A stretch of 63,218 bases of DNA, the filler included, from Collodictyon triciliatum (Eukaryota): the NCBI GenBank assembly GCA_043381765.1. It is 7 parts of 7 records of this genome, joined end to end, with 100 filler letters (N's around TTAATTAATTAA, not from the genome) between each part and the next. Parts side by side here need not be neighbours in the genome. Positions count along the whole stretch, not along the records: positions 49,098 to 61,376 come from JBHJMP010002210.1; positions 61,477 to 63,218 come from JBHJMP010002321.1; 5 more parts are not named here. One strand, 5' to 3'. The position numbers and the translations under genes were made by a program. The notes beneath the pieces were generated by a model. The model worked only from the letters and a program-made list of their open reading frames with translations. It ran no database searches and was not told the DNA's origin. This document shows positions 55,513 through 63,218 of the stretch, one piece after another. The stretch's first letter is position 1. Each line of letters begins with the position of its first letter.

Positions 55513-58500
55513 CTCCAAAAGAATTATTAACTGACGCCTAAATTTCTATAGAAGATGACATACCACAAATTTGTATCCCAATTCCGCAGCTGCAGAAACC
55601 AATGCCCCTTCGTCGGGAGATGCAGCTTGATAAACAATATCTGTATAAGAAGACCCAAAAAAAAGTATATATATAATGCATACAATGTAAGAGTTTGAAT
55701 AGAAATAAATAAAGATTATATTCATACTTGATATTCAATTCAAAATATATAATCGGATAGAGCTCAAACCATCTCCCTTGTACTCTGGAATAACTGTATG
55801 GCACACAGAAAGCTGCACAAGATAATCATGAATACGTTTCCCTTGTTCACTGTCAGAGTTAAGCTCTCGGAGAAGTTTTTCTGAATTGAACTTCGCATTC
55901 TGTATGATGATGAAGAATAATGAGTAGATTTAGTATTCTCGAGATGAAAAATCAGCATTCAAATCTGATAAATGGTGTATGCTAATTATGTATAATTGCT
56001 CAATTCATATCATAATTTCATCATACCTCAGGAGAAGATGTTTGGCTCGAAGGTTGCTGTCAAGAAATAAAGAGAGAGAAGCATATATGCGCCAATCATG
56101 ATTTATTTACTCCTCGAATTACTAAACCCATAAAATAGAAACTTTATCGATTGAAAGACTATACCAGTGCGTCTCCATAGGGCTNNNNNNNNNNNNNNNN
56201 NNNNNNNNNNNNNNNNNNNNNNNNNNNNNNNNNNNNNNNNNNNNNNNNNNNNNNNNNNNNNNNNNNNNNNNNNNNNNNNNNNNNNNNNNNNNNNNNNNNN
56301 NNNNNNNNNNNNNNNNNNNNNNNNNNNNNNNNNNNNNNNNNNNNNNNNNNNNNNNNNNNNNNNNNNNNNNNNNNNNNNNNNNNNNNNNNNNNNNNNNNNN
56401 NNNNNNNNNNNNNNNNNNNNNNNNNNNNNNNNNNNNNNNNNNNNNNNNNNNNNNNNNNNNNNNNNNNNNNNNNNNNNNNNNNNNNNNNNNNNNNNNNNNN
56501 NNNNNNNNNNNNNNNNNNNNNNNNNNNNNNNNNNNNNNNNNNNNNNNNNNNNNNNNNNNNNNNNNNNNNNNNNNNATGAAACAAAGGAAACAAAGGAAAA
56601 AAAGGAAACAAAAGAAAAAATAGCAAAAAAAAAAAAAAAGAGAGAGAGAGAGAGAGAATTACTTGAATCAATTTGACCATCTCCATCGTCACATACAACG
56701 CTAGTTATGAGGAGCAGGTCAGCAATGCATGCTGCAGAAATTAAGATGAACTATAGCGTATATGATAAAATAAACATGATAAAGATGGTTTACATATCGG
56801 AATCAAGCTATTGAATAGAATCAAGAAGGTAAAGAATCCTTTCAGGACAAATTCAAAATCGGTCTTGTTTGGATGAAGGTACCAATTATCTCCCAGAATG
56901 TGCTGTTAATTTTTTATTTTATTTTTTTTTTTTGCTTTAGAAATAGTACTCATACATACATCATGAGACATAGATATGTTAAAATCTGAAATAGGTCTTT
57001 ACGAATCTTATAAGCGGCAGCCAATGAAACGAAAAGGGGTAAATAGAAGAAAAAGATGTAAGACTTGCATTATAGACAGAGGATAGAATTGTTCCGAAAA
57101 TACAGATGACTATTTCCATTCCCATAATCATAAGAATTTGCTTATTCGTAGTTATTTCGACGTTGGTCCTCTTGATTGGAGCACGGCTGCATATTTATCG
57201 AGGGACGTTCATATTGTAATAGGTCGAGTTAATTGGCGATGATTTCATTTTAACAGCATAAGATGAACATAAAAAAAGAAAAGATTGGAATGTCATTACA
57301 AATTGTATATATTGTATTGAGCAGATAGAATAATGGAAGAAAAATACTGTACCTGGAATTGAGCATCAACTTCGTCTCAGGTCCAGTAAAAACAACCACA
57401 CCAATTATCCACTCGGTATTTCGTAGCATCGCACCCTTAGCATTTACATAATTAGTTTTCTGTTGAAATTAATTGATATTTTTTAACACTGGGAAACGGT
57501 TGTGGGCTAATGCTTGCATCCTTGGTATGGTCACAAAGGAAATATACTCGAGGCAGAAACTGTTTAGAATCCAAAGGGAATTTTTCCGAGCCCATGTGTA
57601 AAGTTCCTTCGAATTTGTGGAGATTGTTGTTTGGGAGCTCTGATTCGATGTATCCTGAAACACATCAAATAGAATCACAATAATATAGGCCCACTTGAAA
57701 TGGATGTAAAGTCCAAAAAAAAGAAAATAAAATCATAAAGAGTTTGAATAAAATATATAAAATCGATAAAATCGAGATATTGTTGTTTGTGGTTTGTTAT
57801 GGTAGAGAACCTGTAAATATCTCGAAGCTATCGGGAGATGAAAGAGGCACAGTTTGGACAAGACTCTGCCTAACTTTGAGATTGACCTCACTTCGTTGAA
57901 AGAAGTTTGAAAAAAAGTAAAAAAGAACGAAATAAGAAAACGATATTAACTAAATGCGAATAATCAAGTAGCTGGATAAAAATGAGAATAAACTTGGTCT
58001 CAAGAAATGCATTTTAAGAAGGAAAACTATTCGGATGTTAGAATTTAAATGTCGATAATTACCCGTCCAGATTTGCTGTTTGGATGTAGCAAATTCCAGA
58101 TTTTTCAGATGAAGAGAACAAGACTAGATCTGCAGGAAAGTAACTATCGGACTTGACCTTCATTTTCAAAAATTAATTTAAATACTGTCGCTGACATCTA
58201 ATAAATTATTTAATCCTCTTTATAGGGTTTAATCAAAATTTAATAAATTTAACCGTATAAAGGTTGATATATAATCGAGAGAAACCGGGAGGGTAATCAT
58301 GTTACATTAAATCACGATAATGAACGAACTGTGCAAACACTCACCCGGACGATGTCACCAACCAGAATGTTCTTCCATAATCTTGGTACAAAGTTCCCGT
58401 CTTCAACCACGTCGACATGTCTCCAGTTTACTTCCTTATCTGATACGTGCCGTTTCTTCATTTTGAAATGTGTTGATGTAAAGTCAGTGGATTTTCAAGG

Positions 58501-59850
58501 CGGATTACAGTTAAACAAATTATGGATGAGTAAAATGTGTAATTATTGAATACAAACGTAATCTTCATAAGCTTCCTTAATCGCTGTTACAGACATCACA
58601 AGTAATAAAGGACCAGCGGTTGTGTACTTGCCTGTGGGAGATACCCCAGGTACTTGCTAGATAATTACATGAAGATATTATCATAGGGTTCCCTTCATTG
58701 ATTGCATAAAGTAAAATTGTTGGAAACATGCTTGAATAAAATTGTGAGAGTAAAGCGCATTAAGTCGATAATTATTCAAGTCAGAGTATATTAGCATAAA
58801 GTAACTGTGTGTTTTCTCTTCTTTTCTACTTTCTTTATTCGAATGATAAGTATTCAAGATTTAAAACTGAGGGATTTGTGGGGAACTGGTTCAATGTAAT
58901 AGTCAGAAAGAGTTAAAAAAAATTACAAACCTGCAAGCTGGCGATCATCAAAAAGTATATATTTGCGATGCGATGAAACTGTTCAAAAAGATTCAAGGGG
59001 AGGAATGATAACAGGGTGTATTTTGCTGTTCTGATTTTATTTCTGCAATACGGTCGTATAAAGTCCTGTTCGCGCGACGGAGGGCGCAAGTAAAGGTCGC
59101 ATCGACGTGACTGCGGATTCTTTAAGAGAACACGTGTAAAGTTATTGAGTCAGATTTTGGTGTTGCTTTCATGAATCCCTCATTGTGCATGGGCGGATTC
59201 TTGCATTCTTTATTTTTATTCTTCATTTAATCTCCATTTGTTTAATTATTTATTATTTTATTCTTCATTTTTTTATTCTTCATTTTTTTATTCTTCATTT
59301 TTTTATTCTTCATTTTTTTATTCTTCATTTTTTTATTCTTCATTTTTTTATTCTTCATTTTTTTATTCTTTATTTTTATTCTTCATTTTTTTATTCTTCA
59401 TTTTTTATTCTTCATTTTTTTTTACTCTTAATTTTTTCATTCTTCATTTTTTTATTCATTTTTTATTCATCTTTTTTTTCGTTCTTCATTTTTTTTATAC
59501 TTCATTTTGTAATTCTTCATTTCTTTATTCATTTTTTATTCATCTTTTTTTCGTTCTTCATTTTTTTTTATACTTCATTTTGTAATTCTTCATTTCTTAT
59601 CCTATATTTTTTATATCCTTCATTATTTTTGTTCATTTTTTTTTGGCCTTGTTTTGGCTATTATTATTTACTCTTGGAAGCCCTTGACATTAAACCCCCC
59701 AAACAAATGACAGGGAAACCCTTGTCTCTCCTGCACCGTTACCGGTTGATTTGAAAAGCAAGCAACTTAACAAAGAAATAAGTCGATCACCTCAGTCGAG
59801 TCCGTCGATCGGCCTCCTCGGCCACAGCTGCGCAGAAGAGCCTGAAACAT
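51067..59850 (-). CDS. P4-type ATPase phospholipid flippase (Drs2/ATP8A/ALA-like), many exons, internal gap
   Basis: [136 protein letters not shown], and C-terminal GFAFS. The DKTGT motif probably falls in the 56185-56575 gap. Start position tentative. Confidence 0.93.
59255..59600. repeat. 15-bp tandem repeat (TTTTTTATTCTTCAT)n, degenerating rightwards, in first flippase intron
   Basis: Clear 15-nt periodicity (FFILH in translation). Confidence 0.85.
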
Positions 59851-60664
59851 CTGTCAAACAAATAGTTATTTTTGTCAACGCCCATCGATAAAGCAAAGCA
59901 AAATAAATAAAAATAAAAATGTTACAGAAACGAAACTGGGGACTGTGTAGGTTAAGTAGAAAACACCTTCGCGGATGGGGTATACGGTTTATTCCTTCTT
60001 TTTTTATATATGTGTGCTAATATTGTTATTATTTTTTTACAGGCTCAGGATTCTGCTTGACAACTATAGCCACGACCTCCAACTCACATTGATTAGTTCA
60101 CTCTCGCAGCCGGCTTGTGATTCAATCAGTCTGACAGCCACCAACGCAGCCGAAACTACCGAAAAAAAAAACGCATTTCCAACGTGTCATGTGCATATCT
60201 GGAAAATACCTTTCAAAAAAAAGCCCCGGATAAGAGATACGCTTGAGCAAAGCAAAAATAATGAAAAGTCGGTCTGCTCGAGTCAGCAAGGTAATGATAG
60301 ATTGGGCGCATCTTTGTCTTCGGGTGTGGGTTGTTGTGATTCAAGAATATCGGAAGTGTTGGAGTCTTGATTCCCCTTTGAATCCCGGAAAAGGTTTCTT
60401 GTCATTTGAACAACCCCTTTAACGCGGTATCTTATGGTGTTCAGTCTTCCTTGCCCAAGAAAAAGCTTGTGTTCCGCTGATTTCATAATGCGGTCGCCTT
60501 CGGCCAGGGGCTGTGGTTCCTTTAATCCATGCTATGTGACGCCGCCATTTAACCCATTTCGTCTTCAGAGCTCAAAACAATATGAGCTGAATAACCGCAT
60601 GGATTATGCCGATTACGTATCCATCGAATGTTAATGGACCTACTTTGATTTTCCTACTTGTATC

Positions 60665-61086
60665 CACAGTTTACTGAGAGAAAGCTAGAATCGAGGAAGT
60701 TGCTTCCATCTCTTGAATAAATGTGAGCCGGAAACAAGACTGGAAACCCGGATGGTGTGGTTGGGTTTTTGTGTTTTGGCTGGAAGAAAAAAGAAAACAA
60801 AAAGAAAACAAAAAGAAAATAGAAAGGAGAGAAAGTGTTCTCACACGCAGACTATTTTACCCGAGGTGATTCGGCTCCAACGCGATTTCTGGTTGTGTTC
60901 GAGACTGACAGAAGAGCGGGTTAAGTTGTCGGGTCGATGAAAGTACGCACGTGGCAGTTACTTCTCAAATCGATTCCGACGAGTCCTTTCAACCGTCTAT
61001 CTCAGACAAGGTTTACAACCTATTTCATTCCACAGGATGAGTCTTTTGGAGGGGACAACGGGTCACTTTCCTTGCGTTTCTTGCTG
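60665..61086 (-). mobile_element. Interspersed repeat family C, copy 3
   Basis: Reverse complement of 12500-13245 with a much shorter internal pyrimidine tract. Confidence 0.75.
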
Positions 61087-61623
61087 CCCGTTGATGATAT
61101 TTAAGTATGTGGCAAATTAAATATCTTAGTACCATGAAATGGAGAACATGACACGTAATCAAAGAGTTGAACGTATTTTGTTTCTGATTCTGCATTTTAA
61201 TATTGTTTTCTGTTTTTTTGTTGTTTTTTTGTTGTTTTTTTGTTGTTTTTTGCTGTTTTTTGCTGTTTTTTTTGTTTTTTTGTTTTTTTTTGTTGTTTTT
61301 TTGTTGTTTTTTGTTGTTTTTTGTTGTTTTTTGTTGTTTTTTTTGTTTTTTTGTTTTTTTGTTTTTTTGTTTTTTTNNNNNNNNNNNNNNNNNNNNNNNN
61401 NNNNNNNNNNNNNNNNNNNNTTAATTAATTAANNNNNNNNNNNNNNNNNNNNNNNNNNNNNNNNNNNNNNNNNNNNATCCTTTGCCCCCGGCCAAACAAG
61501 CGAATGGCCTTTTTTGCCTTCCCCACCCCACAAAAAAAAAAAAAAAAGAAAACCCCCCCCCCCCCCCCAATTCCTTTGAATGCATATTGTCTAACTTGAA
61601 AGTCCTGCTTTTTTTCTTCATGG

Positions 61624-63218
61624 ATGTTTTTCCATCGCCAGCGATTCAACGTAATTATAACTAAATGATTAATACACTAAAAACTCCAGGATATACACCT
61701 GAATCAGTCTAGCAATGTCATTGCCTTGATGAATTCTCAGGTGTTACAAGGGCCACCAACATCTCGTCTGACACAGTTACAAATGAAATACAAGGATTCC
61801 CAGGTCTCATCATGTTTATTTGGAATCATGCCATATTTTCTTAGCATTAATGGTCTCAACAATTCTTATTTTCTATTCATTTCAAAAAAATTATCCCTGT
61901 ACGTTCTCGGTTGTGATAATACAAAGTTTCAATTTCAAAAGATGCACAATTTTCACCCCATTATAAAGATTTTTCCTTAATTTCACTCATTATTATTACA
62001 TACATTTTCAATTGAGGCATTAGTTCATGCCCACCAATTTTTTTTTTCTTCGACCAATTTCTATTTGTAGACCGAAGGGAACACAGTATACCAACCCCGA
62101 TTTAGACATCGCAACTTGAAACCTATTCACCGAGAAGTTCCACCCACACAACTAGCGGATGTTCCAAAAAGATCTGCTCCTGGTCTCACTGATGTTCTTC
62201 GTTCTATTCCATCATACTCCAGATATGCAGAACAACTATCTCTAGTTTTTAAAATCGATGGAGATGTTTGGAAAGCCCTTTGTTCGTGCTATGCCTCAGC
62301 ACCGTCAAAAAAAGATGTTCAATACCGATCCATGACTGAAAAAATCGGGGCGAATTTTGCTCCTGGTTCCTCTAACATGCGTATCAAAAGTTCGATGGGA
62401 AGCGATTCGAGCTCCAATGATATCGATGGAGTTTTTGGAATATGCTATATAGAAGACCCTGATTCCATATCTTCGTATGTTAATTCGCCTTCACATTTAG
62501 CCCCATTTCCCCAAAGTTTCTTTTGTTTTTGGAGTGATATCTTGTCATGAACTTACGAATTAGATTTATGTTCAAAAATAATTTCTTGAATAATTTATTA
62601 ACTTTATGCTACATATTGACGGGCTTCACTCAGAGCCGAGCAGCGAGATATTCCTCTTGCCAAAACTCTGATGCACTTCTTGCCTATTGAGATATTTGAT
62701 TATATCATACCCAGTGTCTCAAGACTAGATGCAATCCAGCGTTCAAAAGTGAGCTACGCTGTTCCATCGCATCTCCAACTTATACATAAATATCCAACGT
62801 GTGGTTCTCAAAAAAACATATTTAATTTGTCAAATTTCACATTTCCATTGTGCCTTGTTAGCTCTAATTAATTATGAAAAATCAATAAATGAATGAATGA
62901 TATGCAGTCTGGTCTTCCCGCTCGGTTTTTCAACTCTGGAGAACACCATAATTATAGCGAGTGGCTTCACTGCGCAGTAACCAGTTACATTGTTGAATCC
63001 CGTAATTATGTGATAAAGACATTTGATGGAGATGTGCTCCAGAAATCAAGGTAAAGGTTATAAAACATACTTTCTAATCCTTGAATTTTGTCTGCTCTAA
63101 TAATCAACTTGTTTTGGGTTTCTTACCAAGGTGTTCAAGTATCAATTCAATATTAAAATTTCTTCTTTTTTTTTTTTTTGATCTCTTGTGAAAAGACTGG
63201 ATCTCATTTTTGATGATG
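61624..63218 (+). CDS. Hypothetical multi-exon protein, 3' end outside window
   Basis: Spliceable open exons (MFFHRQRFN-DIHLNQ..KDSQ-TEGNTVYQPRF..EDPDSISS-..TLMHFLPIEIFDYIIP..-SGLPARFF..). No family recognised. Confidence 0.55.

Overview
AT-rich, intron-rich eukaryotic genomic DNA (standard code), probably from a protist. It consists of seven contigs joined by artificial N-TTAATTAATTAA-N linkers plus two sized gaps, so adjacency across linkers is not reliable. By manual splicing I reconstruct: a FAAP100-like gene, a transmembrane dual class III nucleotide cyclase with degenerate catalytic motifs, a WD40 fragment, a secreted FG-GAP-like repeat protein, an Fpk1/Nrc-2-type AGC kinase, a CC2D1/Lgd-like C2 protein, a GT61 glycosyltransferase interrupted by one in-frame TGA, ZCCHC8-like, Njmu-R1/C17orf75-like, SH3BGR-like and CobW/ZNG1 genes, and a P4-ATPase flippase. 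Family assignments rest on motifs recalled from memory, not database searches. The most striking non-genic signal is a non-LTR retroelement system. It includes an L1/Tx1-like ORF1, zf-RVT 3' fragments of two related LINE families, and a ~365-bp hairpin-headed SINE that shares the LINE 3' tail. It also includes at least five ultra-short (~23-60 bp) copies of LINE 3' termini, four with clear 16-18 bp target-site duplications, in introns or next to genes. There is also a ~52-copy 54-bp variant minisatellite followed by apparently spliced exons, several GC-AG introns, and frequent AAG acceptors.
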